DNA of 64,000 nt from a candidate division FCPU426 bacterium (GTDB taxonomy: Bacteria; Oederibacteriota; PGYV01; Palsa-1178): NCBI GenBank assembly GCA_963840035.1, contig CAWIXE010000003.1, positions 384,001-448,000 of the forward strand, given 5' to 3'. The notes under the pieces were generated by a model that was not told the DNA's origin, searched no databases, and saw only the letters and a list, made by a program, of their open reading frames with translations. Both the position numbers and the translations under genes were made by a program. The stretch's first letter is position 1; each line of letters begins with the position of its first letter. Positions 54,756-64,000 of this stretch are shown here, piece by piece.

Positions 54756-56155
54756 AAAAAATATGTTTTGCGGCACTCTTCCTTCTTTTAGCCTGCATCA
54801 TAGGCGCTTCCTCCTCAGGGGTTACCTCTGTTTTTGATCTTGGCACCAGCGTCAGGGCGCAGAGCCTGGGCGGCGCTTTTACCGCGGCTGTAGATGACCC
54901 GGGCTGCATATATTTTAACCCTGCTTCGCTGCATACGCTTGAGCGTACAAGGATGGAAGCCGCATATATTCCCATGTTTTTTGACACTGCATACAGCTAC
55001 ATATTGATAGGTCTTCCCACGGTGGATGTAGGAACTTTTGGGTTCTCGGCCGCCATGATAAGGACGGGCAATCTGACAATCAGGGATGCAGGAGGGACAA
55101 AACTTTACGACAGCTCACAGGTTTTGTTTGAATCGGTCATGGGATGGGGCAGGGATTTCTTTGACGAACGCTTAAGCCTGGGAGTAAACGCGAGGCTTGA
55201 TTACCATTACCTGGAAAATTTTACAAGCGACATCGGGGCCGGGATTGATGTGGGCGCGTTATACCGCGTAATACAGGATAAAACACAGGTGTTAAACGCG
55301 GGTTTAACTTTAAGGAACGCCCTGGAGCCGGCTCTAAAACTAGGGACAGGCGATAACACCGTGCCCAGAAGGCTCGTAGCCGGAATTTCCTATAACATGA
55401 CAATAATACCTGAAATATCCGCAGCGGTTTACGCGGACTTTACAGCGCCCCTATGGGCTGATTTTGATTTCGCGGCCGGCATAGAAGGGGTATTTTACAA
55501 AACGGTTTCACTCAGGATCGGGTTTAACTCATACGGTATATATTCGGCTGGCGCGGGCGTTAACATCCTGGATATCGCGGCAATCGATTACGGACTTTTT
55601 ATTTCCGAGATAGACACTCAGCACAGGCTCGCGCTTAAAATGTTCTTCGGGGAGAACATCCCGGAGCAACGCAGGGAAAAGGTAAAAATAGAAGCCGCAA
55701 AGATAGAAAAAAAGGCGAAGGAACTGGCCGCAAAAGAACTCCTTCAGCTGCGCGGGCAGATAGACAAGATGACAGGCGCGGCCACGCAGAAGGAACGTTT
55801 TAAGGCCGTTCATTATACGCGGGGCATAGAGGCATATTTTGACGGGGATTTAAAAACTTCAGCCGCGGAATTTGACGCCGTGTACCAGGCGGACAGCGCG
55901 TATATGAATGTCCAATATTACCTTTCGATGCTAAAAGGCATGCTCGGACGCTCAAATCAGGATAATTATACCGAAGAAGTGCTCACGCTTTACAGGGACG
56001 GCGTGGCAAAGTACTTAAAACAGGATTACGCCGGAGCCAGGGATTCATGGCAAAAAATACTGAAAGCGGACCCTTACAATAAGCTGGCCATGGAGAACTT
56101 AAAGGAAGTTAACTCGCTTTTAAGGGACATAGACGGAATGAAGGAGAATAAATAG
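54752..56155 (+). CDS. PorV/PorQ-family beta-barrel protein with C-terminal TPR-like helices
   Basis: Signal peptide; RAQSLGGAFTAAVDD..IYFNPASL; IDVGALY; LRIG; IDYG...QHRL. Confidence 0.75.
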   Translation: MKKICFAALFLLLACIIGASSSGVTSVFDLGTSVRAQSLGGAFTAAVDDPGCIYFNPASLHTLERTRMEAAYIPMFFDTAYSYILIGLPTVDVGTFGFSAAMIRTGNLTIRDAGGTKLYDSSQVLFESVMGWGRDFFDERLSLGVNARLDYHYLENFTSDIGAGIDVGALYRVIQDKTQVLNAGLTLRNALEPALKLGTGDNTVPRRLVAGISYNMTIIPEISAAVYADFTAPLWADFDFAAGIEGVFYKTVSLRIGFNSYGIYSAGAGVNILDIAAIDYGLFISEIDTQHRLALKMFFGENIPEQRREKVKIEAAKIEKKAKELAAKELLQLRGQIDKMTGAATQKERFKAVHYTRGIEAYFDGDLKTSAAEFDAVYQADSAYMNVQYYLSMLKGMLGRSNQDNYTEEVLTLYRDGVAKYLKQDYAGARDSWQKILKADPYNKLAMENLKEVNSLLRDIDGMKENK

Positions 56156-58482
56156 TGAAGTTTTTTTCCAACAAGCTTTTAAAAGAGGAGACTTTCGTCC
56201 TTCCGGCAAAAAGGACCTTTGTTCCGGAAATGAAGGAAAGAATCCAGGCTATATGCAGGGAATTCGGCTTTACATATAAGGACGTAAACAACCTTATGAT
56301 AGTCCTTGATGAGGCTTGCTCTAATATTATACGACATGCCTATAAGGATAAACCAGAAGGCGGCGACATTACATTTGAGATTAAGATCAGGGAAAAGGGC
56401 ATTTACCTTACGCTCATAGATACAGGCATAAGTTTTAACTGGAAAAACTTCAGGACGCCGAACCTCAATCACTACGTGGACATCGGTAAAAAAGGCGGGC
56501 TTGGCGTATGGATAATAAGGAAACTTACTGATAAAAGCGACTATAAAGTGACTGAACGCGGGAACGAACTCATTCTGGCAAAATACCACTCGGGCGAGAA
56601 CATCATAAACTGGCTTATAAATTCCGTTTCATCCGCCAAGGGCATAAAGGAAAGGTTTGTGCTGGCCACCACGATTTTTATTTCCATTATCGTTTTGGCC
56701 CTGTACTCCTATTTTATTTCCCACGAAAGGAACGCGCTGCGCGATAAGTTCATATCCTATAATTCCGACATAGTACGCAGCCTTTCAAAATCAAGCGCGG
56801 AAAGGATAATAAAGGGCAATTACCTTTCACTTATACAATTATTAAAGGAAATTAAGGCCAATAATGAGAATATCGACCAGGTTTTTGTCATAAACACCGA
56901 AGGACGCATCATGGCACATAATGACGCGGCTTTATTATATACCGAATACTTCCGCGATGATAAGCGCGTTACCGACCGGGTTACATCCGGAGATGTTATT
57001 GTCTTAAAGTATAAAATGGATAAAGGTTACAGGTACGACATAGCGCGTTCCATTATTTTTCAGGGTATAGAAATGGGCGAAGTCCACCTTTACGTCACGC
57101 AGAAAGCCATAGGCAGGGTGATGTCGGGTAAATCCCTCAATATCATAATAGCAAGCCTGCTTATATTCCTTATCGCCGCAGTCGGCATATATGCGCTGCT
57201 TGGGCTTATCATCAGGCCTCTCCAGCGCTTAAGGGAAGGCGCACTTGCCATCGGCGAGGGCAGGCTTGACCACAGGATAGAGCTCGAGGGCGCGGATGAA
57301 TTCTCGCAGATAGCCAACGCGTTTAATGATATGGCTTCGAAATTCAAGGGCGCGCAGGAGTCTTTGGTAGAGCAGGAAAAAATGCAGAAGGAAATCGCGG
57401 TGGCAAAGGAGATACAGCAGACACTCCTCCCGAAGGTAATGCCGGATACCGAAGGCTTTGACATAGCGTCGCTATACAGGTCAGCCAAAGAAGTCGGAGG
57501 GGATTATTACGACGTCATACCGGTGGGCCCGCATTTAACGGGAGTAATTGTCGCGGACGTTTCGGGAAAGGGCGTGCCCGGATCGCTGGTTATGACCATA
57601 ACCAGGACCGTTGTCAGGCTCGTATCCCTAAAAAACAGGTCAGCCAAGAGCGTCCTCACCAAGGTAAATACATTTGTTAAAGAGGACATGAAAAAAGGGA
57701 TGTTTGTCACGGCTTTTTATCTGGTGCTTAATTCCGTCACCAGGAAGATAAATTTCGCGAGCGCAGGACATGACCCGCTTATCCTTTACAGGGCAAAAGA
57801 AGACAAAGTATACTACATAAAACCAAAAGGCTTCCCGCTGGGTATTTCGCTGCCTGACGAAGGGCTTTTTAAAAAGGTCATGACGGAGGAAAATATCAAA
57901 CTCCAGAAGGACGACTTCCTATTAATATATACCGACGGCATAACAGAGGCCATGAACGGCAAGCGCGAACTTTGGGGTGAAAAGCGTTTTGTCGAGTTTA
58001 TCAGGGCAAACGGGAAATTAACCCCGAGGGAATTCATAGACAAGTTCGATATGGAATTAAAGGAGTTTACGCAGGGTTACCCGCAAAATGACGACATTAC
58101 GATAGTGGCTATAAAGGAAAGAAAAACAGGCGCCGGCATGCTGCGGGAGATAGATAAAAAGATAGCGGCATTAAGGAAGAAAAGAATGACCACAAAAGAG
58201 ATTGAAAAAGAGCTGGGTGTTAATGTGGATGTCCTTAAAAAGCTGAAAAAGGACAAGGGCGCGCAGACAGAAGCCATACGCTTCCTGACATTTGAGCAGA
58301 AAAAGGAACTCATGAACCTTGTACTTGAGAAACCTGAGACGCATACCGCGGCATACGCGGAGGAAATGTCCAAAAAATACCAGGTTGAAATTACTGAAAA
58401 ACTCGTGCTGGACGAGTTAAAGCGCGTAAACCTCGTAAAGTCAAAACAGAGGATCCTGTACGCGGCCGAGAGGAAGAAATAG
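56155..58482 (+). CDS. Fused RsbW-like HATPase / membrane sensor-HAMP / SpoIIE (PP2C) phosphatase
   Basis: LDEACSNIIRHAY, DTG, GGLG; two TM segments; HAMP; GGDYYD, ADVSGKG, YTDGITEA, DDIT. Confidence 0.88.
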   Translation: MKFFSNKLLKEETFVLPAKRTFVPEMKERIQAICREFGFTYKDVNNLMIVLDEACSNIIRHAYKDKPEGGDITFEIKIREKGIYLTLIDTGISFNWKNFRTPNLNHYVDIGKKGGLGVWIIRKLTDKSDYKVTERGNELILAKYHSGENIINWLINSVSSAKGIKERFVLATTIFISIIVLALYSYFISHERNALRDKFISYNSDIVRSLSKSSAERIIKGNYLSLIQLLKEIKANNENIDQVFVINTEGRIMAHNDAALLYTEYFRDDKRVTDRVTSGDVIVLKYKMDKGYRYDIARSIIFQGIEMGEVHLYVTQKAIGRVMSGKSLNIIIASLLIFLIAAVGIYALLGLIIRPLQRLREGALAIGEGRLDHRIELEGADEFSQIANAFNDMASKFKGAQESLVEQEKMQKEIAVAKEIQQTLLPKVMPDTEGFDIASLYRSAKEVGGDYYDVIPVGPHLTGVIVADVSGKGVPGSLVMTITRTVVRLVSLKNRSAKSVLTKVNTFVKEDMKKGMFVTAFYLVLNSVTRKINFASAGHDPLILYRAKEDKVYYIKPKGFPLGISLPDEGLFKKVMTEENIKLQKDDFLLIYTDGITEAMNGKRELWGEKRFVEFIRANGKLTPREFIDKFDMELKEFTQGYPQNDDITIVAIKERKTGAGMLREIDKKIAALRKKRMTTKEIEKELGVNVDVLKKLKKDKGAQTEAIRFLTFEQKKELMNLVLEKPETHTAAYAEEMSKKYQVEITEKLVLDELKRVNLVKSKQRILYAAERKK

Positions 58483-58490
58483 GAGGATTT

Positions 58491-59735
58491 ATGTTCAGGC
58501 AGTTAAATTTTACCGCGGCAACGGAAAGAAAAATACTTGCCGAGATAGAAAAGTTAAACAATATAGAGATGGAAGTGCCGGCGTCAATTATTGCCATTGT
58601 TAAAGACGTTGAAAAGCACGGCGATGCCGCTGTAAAAAAATACACGCGCAAATTCGACGGCGTGGAGGCAAAAGCGCTCAGGGTTACACCCGCCGAAGTC
58701 AAAGCCGCGTACAATCTGGTTGATGAGAGGCTTTTCAGTCCGATTAAGACCGCTATTAAAAATATAGCCGGTTTTCACTCGTTGCAGAAAAAGAACATAA
58801 GCGATTTTGTCTTTAATAATAATGGTTATAAAATAACACAGAAATACCTTCCGCTTGAATCGGCGGGTATTTACATACCGGGCGGCCAGGCCCCGCTTTT
58901 TTCCACCGTCCTTATGGCGGGAATACCGGCGCTTATCGCCGGGGTTAAAAGGATAGCGCTCATATCCCCACCCAGGTATAACGGCGACATAAACCCATAC
59001 ATCCTGGTGGCTGCCGACCTGATAGGAATTAAGGAGATTTACCGGGCGGGAGGGGCACAAGGAATAGCGGCCCTGGCATACGGCACAAAAACAATCAAAA
59101 AAGTCGATAAGATATGCGGGCCGGGAAATATTTACTCGACCATGGCAAAAAAATATATCTTTGGCAGGGCCGGGATTGATTCGCTTAACGGGCCTTCGGA
59201 AATAACCATCATAGCGGATGACTCGGCAAACGCCGAATTTGTCTCAAGGGACCTTCTGGCTCAGGCTGAGCATGTAAACGGACATGCCATGCTTATTACC
59301 ACATCCAAAAAACTCTCGGCTGAGATAAAAAGAAAGATTGGAAATGCGGAATACTCAATAACGGCGGTTATTGTGAAAAACATGGAGCAGGCCGTAAAAT
59401 TGGCCAATTTCAAGGCGCCGGAGCATCTCCTGATATCGGCTAAGAACCCGCAAAAAATTATCAAGGGCATCACTTCCGCGCCGGCGATATTCATAGGAAA
59501 CTACACGCCGGTGGCGTTCGGGGACTATATGGCGGGCGCAAACCACATACTGCCTACTAACGGGACATCAAGGTTCTTTTCCGGACTTTCTGTGCTGGAT
59601 TTTTTAAAGCATACGCACATAGTGGAGGCGACAAGGGAGGCCATGGATAAATTCGGGCCGGACGCGGAGATGCTCGCGGAGATAGAGACATTAGTCGCGC
59701 ATAAGAAATCAATGATGGCCAGGAGAAAGCTGTGA
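58491..59735 (+). CDS. hisD: Histidinol dehydrogenase
   Basis: GIYIPGG, GGAQGIAALAYGT, GPGN.Y, GPSE, QAEH, APEHL, GDY.AG.NH.LPT. Confidence 0.97.
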   Translation: MFRQLNFTAATERKILAEIEKLNNIEMEVPASIIAIVKDVEKHGDAAVKKYTRKFDGVEAKALRVTPAEVKAAYNLVDERLFSPIKTAIKNIAGFHSLQKKNISDFVFNNNGYKITQKYLPLESAGIYIPGGQAPLFSTVLMAGIPALIAGVKRIALISPPRYNGDINPYILVAADLIGIKEIYRAGGAQGIAALAYGTKTIKKVDKICGPGNIYSTMAKKYIFGRAGIDSLNGPSEITIIADDSANAEFVSRDLLAQAEHVNGHAMLITTSKKLSAEIKRKIGNAEYSITAVIVKNMEQAVKLANFKAPEHLLISAKNPQKIIKGITSAPAIFIGNYTPVAFGDYMAGANHILPTNGTSRFFSGLSVLDFLKHTHIVEATREAMDKFGPDAEMLAEIETLVAHKKSMMARRKL

Positions 59736-60772
59736 ATATAAAGGAAATGCAGAGGAATTCCATAAAAGGTCTTGAGCCTTATAACCCGGGCCTGCTGGAA
59801 GACTACCTGTATAAACTTGACGCCAATGAAAGCGGTTATGACATACCGCCGGCAATAAAAAAGAAGGTATTAAAAAAATTCTCGTCAATTAATTTTAACC
59901 GCTACCCTGACCCGGGCGCGCGGGCGTTAAAAGCCGCGCTCGCAAAAGGCAACGGGGTTAAGGCGGAAAATATAATTCTCGGGAACGGCTCTGACGAGCT
60001 CATTCATTACCTTATACAGGCTTTTACAAACCCGGGTGATAAAGTTGTTTCTCCTGTGCCTTCATTTGACATGTACAGGATACTGGCCCTGGCAAACGGC
60101 GCGAAGCCGGTTTTAGTCCCGCTTGACGAGCGTTTTGACCTTGATGAAAAGGCCATGATGAAGGCCGCGAAAGGGGCAAAGCTGATGTTCCTGGCTTACC
60201 CGAATAACCCTACGGGAAACTGTTTTTCAGGCGACGCCATACTGCGCATTATTAGGGACGCGGATTGCCTGGTGGTACTTGATGAGGCTTATTTTGAATT
60301 TTCAAATAAAAGTTTTCTTTGCATGCTTAAAAAAAGGAAGAACCTGGTAATATTGCGCACCTTTTCAAAGGCTTACTCCATGGCGGGCTTAAGGCTCGGT
60401 TACATGATGGCGTCACCGGAAATAATTGACGCTGTCAATAAAGTCAGGCTTCCATATAATGTGAATTCATTGACACAGGCCTGCGCCGTGGAAATGCTTA
60501 AATGCCCCATAAAAAAGACCCTTGATAAGATAATGCTTGAAAAGGAAATAGCGTATGACCTGCTGAAAAAGGATTACCCCATAGTTTACGGTGACGCGAA
60601 TTTTCTTTTAATTAAAGTCGAGGATACCGTTTCCGCGTTAAAGGCTTTTAAAAAATCAGGAATATCCGTGCGCGCTTTCGGAAGCGGGCCCCTTTCCGGG
60701 TTTATCAGGCTGACCATAGGCAAGCCGGAAGAGAACAAAGCGGCAATAAAAATATTAAAAAGAGGTGTATGA
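59732..60772 (+). CDS. hisC: Histidinol-phosphate aminotransferase
   Basis: LDANE, NRYPD, GNGSDELI, PNNPTG, DEAY, RTFSKAYSMAGLRLG. Confidence 0.96.
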   Translation: MNIKEMQRNSIKGLEPYNPGLLEDYLYKLDANESGYDIPPAIKKKVLKKFSSINFNRYPDPGARALKAALAKGNGVKAENIILGNGSDELIHYLIQAFTNPGDKVVSPVPSFDMYRILALANGAKPVLVPLDERFDLDEKAMMKAAKGAKLMFLAYPNNPTGNCFSGDAILRIIRDADCLVVLDEAYFEFSNKSFLCMLKKRKNLVILRTFSKAYSMAGLRLGYMMASPEIIDAVNKVRLPYNVNSLTQACAVEMLKCPIKKTLDKIMLEKEIAYDLLKKDYPIVYGDANFLLIKVEDTVSALKAFKKSGISVRAFGSGPLSGFIRLTIGKPEENKAAIKILKRGV

Positions 60773-61365
60773 TGAAAAATAAGCAGAGGAAAGCCGGGAT
60801 AATAAGGAAGACAAAGGAGACTGACATAAAGCTGTCAGTCAACCTGGACGGAACCGGCAAATACAGCGTTAAAACAAACGAACCGTTTATGACGCACATG
60901 CTCGAGCAGCTCTCAAAGCACAGCGGCATAGATATGACAGCCGCGGCCAAAGGCGACGTGGAAATAGACGCGCACCATCTGACGGAGGACCTGGGCATCA
61001 CCCTCGGGCAGGCAATCGCGAAGGCGCTCGGGGATAAAAAAGGCATTAAAAGGTTTGGCTCTGCGGGAGTACTTGACGAGGCGTTGTGCAGGGTGGTGCT
61101 TGACCTTTCAGGCAGGGCATATATAAGCTACAACGTGAAGCTGAATGTAAAAAAGATCGGGACTTTTGACACGGAACTTGTTGAGGAGTTTTTTAACGGT
61201 TTCGCGCGCGGAGGCGAGTTTACCCTCCACATAGACCAGCTTAAGGGCAAGAACACGCACCACATACTGGAAGCGGTGTTTAAAGGCTTCGCGCTGGCTT
61301 TAAAAGACGCGGTAAAAGCGGAAGGCAAATCACTGCCGTCCACAAAAGGCCGGTTAAAGAAATGA
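60769..61365 (+). CDS. hisB: Imidazoleglycerol-phosphate dehydratase
   Basis: RKTKETDI, IDAHHLTED, LDEAL, NTHHILEA.FK. Confidence 0.97.
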   Translation: MMKNKQRKAGIIRKTKETDIKLSVNLDGTGKYSVKTNEPFMTHMLEQLSKHSGIDMTAAAKGDVEIDAHHLTEDLGITLGQAIAKALGDKKGIKRFGSAGVLDEALCRVVLDLSGRAYISYNVKLNVKKIGTFDTELVEEFFNGFARGGEFTLHIDQLKGKNTHHILEAVFKGFALALKDAVKAEGKSLPSTKGRLKK

Positions 61366-61991
61366 AAAAGATAGCTGTTATAGATTACGGCATGGGTAAC
61401 CTTCACAGCGTTATGAAGGCTCTGCAGCGGGAAAAGATACCTGCAATCCTTACGGACAAACCGTCAGTCATCAGGAAAGCCTGCGGAATAATACTTCCGG
61501 GGGTCGGCGCTTTTAATGACGCCATGAAGGAAATAAAGAAACGTAAATTGCAGGGTGTTTTAACGGAAGAAGTTGAAAACGGCAAGCCTATCATGGGTAT
61601 ATGCCTTGGCATGCAGCTGCTTTTTTCGCAATCAGCAGAGTTTGGAAACCATAAAGGATTGGGGTTCATAAAGGGAAAAGTAATCAAATTCAAAAAAGGC
61701 ATGAAAGTGCCGCACATGGGCTGGAACAGGCTCAAAATAGTCAACAGGAAGTCTAAAGTCATGAAAGGCATAAAGGACAACACGTATTTCTACTTTGTCC
61801 ACTCATACTACACGGTTCCAACGGATAAAAAAGCCATATTGACAAAAACGCAATATGGTAATACTATCTTTACCTCGGCGGTGGAAATGGGCAATGTATT
61901 CGGCTTTCAGTGCCACCCGGAGAAATCAAGCGAAACAGCGTTGAGGATATATAAGAACTTCTATGATATATGCAAAGGCCGTTTGAGTTAA
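61362..61991 (+). CDS. hisH: IGP synthase glutaminase subunit
   Basis: IDYGMGNL, LPGVGAF, GICLGMQ, VPHMGWN, YFVHSY, QCHPEKS. Confidence 0.97.
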   Translation: MKKIAVIDYGMGNLHSVMKALQREKIPAILTDKPSVIRKACGIILPGVGAFNDAMKEIKKRKLQGVLTEEVENGKPIMGICLGMQLLFSQSAEFGNHKGLGFIKGKVIKFKKGMKVPHMGWNRLKIVNRKSKVMKGIKDNTYFYFVHSYYTVPTDKKAILTKTQYGNTIFTSAVEMGNVFGFQCHPEKSSETALRIYKNFYDICKGRLS

Positions 61992-62153
61992 AGAGACAGG
62001 AGATAGGAGACAGAAGTAAGGGTAAGAACTTAAGAGGTTAAGAGACAAGAGATTGGAGACAGGAGTAAGCCGTTTTTAAGTACGCAAGAGCTCGAGCGCT
62101 GGAATGCATTACTTTTGTCTCCAGTCTCCTGTCTCTTAAACTCTACTGAACTT
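61985..62153. repeat. Inverted heptamer-repeat element, family B (left arm duplicated)
   Basis: AGAGACAGGAGATAGGAGACAGAAGTAAG-like arm twice ... TTACTTTTGTCTCCAGTCTCCTGTCTCTTAAACTC. Confidence 0.8.
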
Positions 62154-62171
62154 AAAATAACAGGAGAAACC

Positions 62172-62906
62172 ATGCAGATTATACCCGCAATTGACATAAG
62201 AAAAGGCAAGTGCGTCCGCCTCATACAGGGTGATGTGCGCGATGAGACCGTGTACTCGAAAGAGCCTGTGGATGTGGCAAAACTGTGGCAGGTTCAGGGC
62301 GCGAAGCTGATACATGTCGTTGATTTAGACGGCGCTTTGACAGGCACGACTAAGAATATTGATATAATAATGAAAATTATAAAAGCTTTAAGGATAAAAA
62401 TAGAAGTCGGCGGCGGCCTTCGCGATGAGGAAGATATAAAAAAATATATAAAAGCTGATGTTAAAAGGGTAATACTTTCAACTTCAGCCATATCCAAGCC
62501 GGGTTTCCTTGAGGAAATGATAGAAAAATACAAGGATAAAATAGTGGTCGGAGTTGACGCGAAAGACGGATACATAGCTGTCAAAGGCTGGAAAGATATA
62601 ACGCAGATAAAGACCATTGACTTCATAAAGGACCTTGAGAAGAAAGGCGTTAAGACCATAGTCTATACCGACATAAACAGGGACGGGGTATTAAAAGGCC
62701 CGAATATAAAAGGCATAGTAAAGGTCTTAAAGAGCACGCGCATGAGGGTAATAGTCTCAGGCGGCATCACAAAACTGAAGAATATTGAGAAAGTAATGGA
62801 GCTTGATAAAAAATACGGCAACATAGAGGGAATCATAGTCGGAAAAGCCCTTTATACCGGAAGCATGGATTTGAAAGAGGCGATCAAGGTAGCGAAAGAC
62901 GTTTAG
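62172..62906 (+). CDS. hisA: ProFAR isomerase
   Basis: IIPAIDI..GKCVRL.QG, HVVDLDGA, EVGGGLR, YTDI.RDG.L.GPN. Confidence 0.96.
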   Translation: MQIIPAIDIRKGKCVRLIQGDVRDETVYSKEPVDVAKLWQVQGAKLIHVVDLDGALTGTTKNIDIIMKIIKALRIKIEVGGGLRDEEDIKKYIKADVKRVILSTSAISKPGFLEEMIEKYKDKIVVGVDAKDGYIAVKGWKDITQIKTIDFIKDLEKKGVKTIVYTDINRDGVLKGPNIKGIVKVLKSTRMRVIVSGGITKLKNIEKVMELDKKYGNIEGIIVGKALYTGSMDLKEAIKVAKDV

Positions 62907-62986
62907 GAATTGAAGATAGTAGATTGTGGATTGCGGATTAAATGCCAAATGCCGAATGAGATCTTAGCAATAACAAAGGATAATCA

Positions 62987-63745
62987 ATGCTTACAAAACG
63001 TATTATACCTTGCCTGGACGTAAACAAAGGGCGAGTGGTAAAAGGCATAAAATTTCTTAACCTCGTTGACGCAGGGGACCCGGTTGAAGCGGCTTATGAA
63101 TATAACCTGGCCGGGGCCGATGAAGTGGTGTTCCTCGATATAACAGCCTCCCATGAAAAACGCAAGACTATCATTGATGTCATCCGCAAAACCGCGGAAA
63201 AAGTATTCATACCCTTAACCGTGGGCGGCGGCATACGCGCTGTCGCTGACATGGAACTCATACTTAAAAACGGAGCGGACAAGATTTCCGTCAATACCGC
63301 TGCCGTATACAACCCCAAACTCATAAAAGAAGGCGCCAAGAAATTCGGCAGCCAGTGCATAGTCCTGGCAGTTGACGCAAAGCGCAGGGAAAAAGGCGGA
63401 TGGGAAGTCTACACCCACGGCGGAAGGACTGCCACCGGAATAGACGCCATACAATGGATCAAAAAAGCCGTAAAGCTCGGTGCGGGCGAAATACTGCTTA
63501 CCTCCATGGACGCCGACGGAACGAAAGCCGGGTATGACATTCCACTTAACAAAGCGGTCTCGGAAGCCGTAGACGTTCCTGTCATAGCCTCAGGCGGCGC
63601 GGGAAGCCCCGAGCATATGCTGCACGTATTAAAGGAAGGCAAAGCCGACGCGGTGCTGGCGGCCTCCATATTTCACTATAAGGAATACACGGTCGGTTCG
63701 GTTAAAAAGTACCTGGCTGACAGGGGAATACCAATAAGACTGTAG
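62987..63745 (+). CDS. hisF: IGP synthase cyclase subunit
   Basis: [44 protein letters not shown]. Confidence 0.98.
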   Translation: MLTKRIIPCLDVNKGRVVKGIKFLNLVDAGDPVEAAYEYNLAGADEVVFLDITASHEKRKTIIDVIRKTAEKVFIPLTVGGGIRAVADMELILKNGADKISVNTAAVYNPKLIKEGAKKFGSQCIVLAVDAKRREKGGWEVYTHGGRTATGIDAIQWIKKAVKLGAGEILLTSMDADGTKAGYDIPLNKAVSEAVDVPVIASGGAGSPEHMLHVLKEGKADAVLAASIFHYKEYTVGSVKKYLADRGIPIRL

Positions 63746-63768
63746 CTTTGAAATTATATGGGGGAGTA

Positions 63769-64000
63769 ATGAAAATAATAAAACAAGCCACAATACTTTA
63801 TTTGTTTATTTGTATTGTTGCATTTTCTAATTCATTAAAAGCCATTTCGGAGGAGAAATATGAAGCGTCAATTATGATGACGTTTCATAATGGAAGTGGG
63901 ATTTGGGATCTAAGTTATAAAAATGATGTGTGGCCCACCACGTTAGCTTTTGATGAGAAAGGAAATATGTATATTTATGATTTGCTAAATTGGAGAATAT
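63769..64000 (+). CDS. Exported protein with an NHL/beta-propeller-like motif, truncated by the window edge
   Basis: Manual translation gives MKIIKQATILYLFICIVAFSNSLKA...WPTTLAFDEKGNMYIYDLLNWRI; GGAG RBS; AT-rich. Confidence 0.6.
   Translation, partial: MKIIKQATILYLFICIVAFSNSLKAISEEKYEASIMMTFHNGSGIWDLSYKNDVWPTTLAFDEKGNMYIYDLLNWRI

Overview
This is a 64-kb chromosomal window from a diderm bacterium: it encodes an Omp85-family protein and a PorV/PorQ-like barrel. The gene style is reminiscent of candidate lineages such as Ca. Goldbacteria, but that assignment is tentative. Most genes are housekeeping and lie on the + strand: dcd, nfo, two MATE transporters, uppP, pheS, tadB/tadC-like, tRNA-Ala(GGC), glyQS, trxA, parAB, recX-alaS-ruvX-mltG, rnr and hisDCBHAF. 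The centre (21.1-42.0 kb) is a secreted-protein locus with three medium proteins and a 5,421-aa giant. The giant has a ~4,300-aa (Thr-X)n stalk, FlgD-Ig-like domains and a T9SS-type C-terminal domain. The key observation concerns the three medium proteins. Each ends in a DUF11/CnaA-like domain that keeps the Lys and Asp of the isopeptide triad but stops before the Asn-bearing final beta-hairpin. The giant carries exactly three isolated copies of that missing hairpin (N-x8-S-N-x-V) between Thr/Pro linkers. This suggests a natural SpyTag/SpyCatcher-like system that covalently docks accessory modules onto a giant surface scaffold; this is an inference and has not been tested. Many intergenic regions carry inverted heptamer-repeat palindromes of several families.
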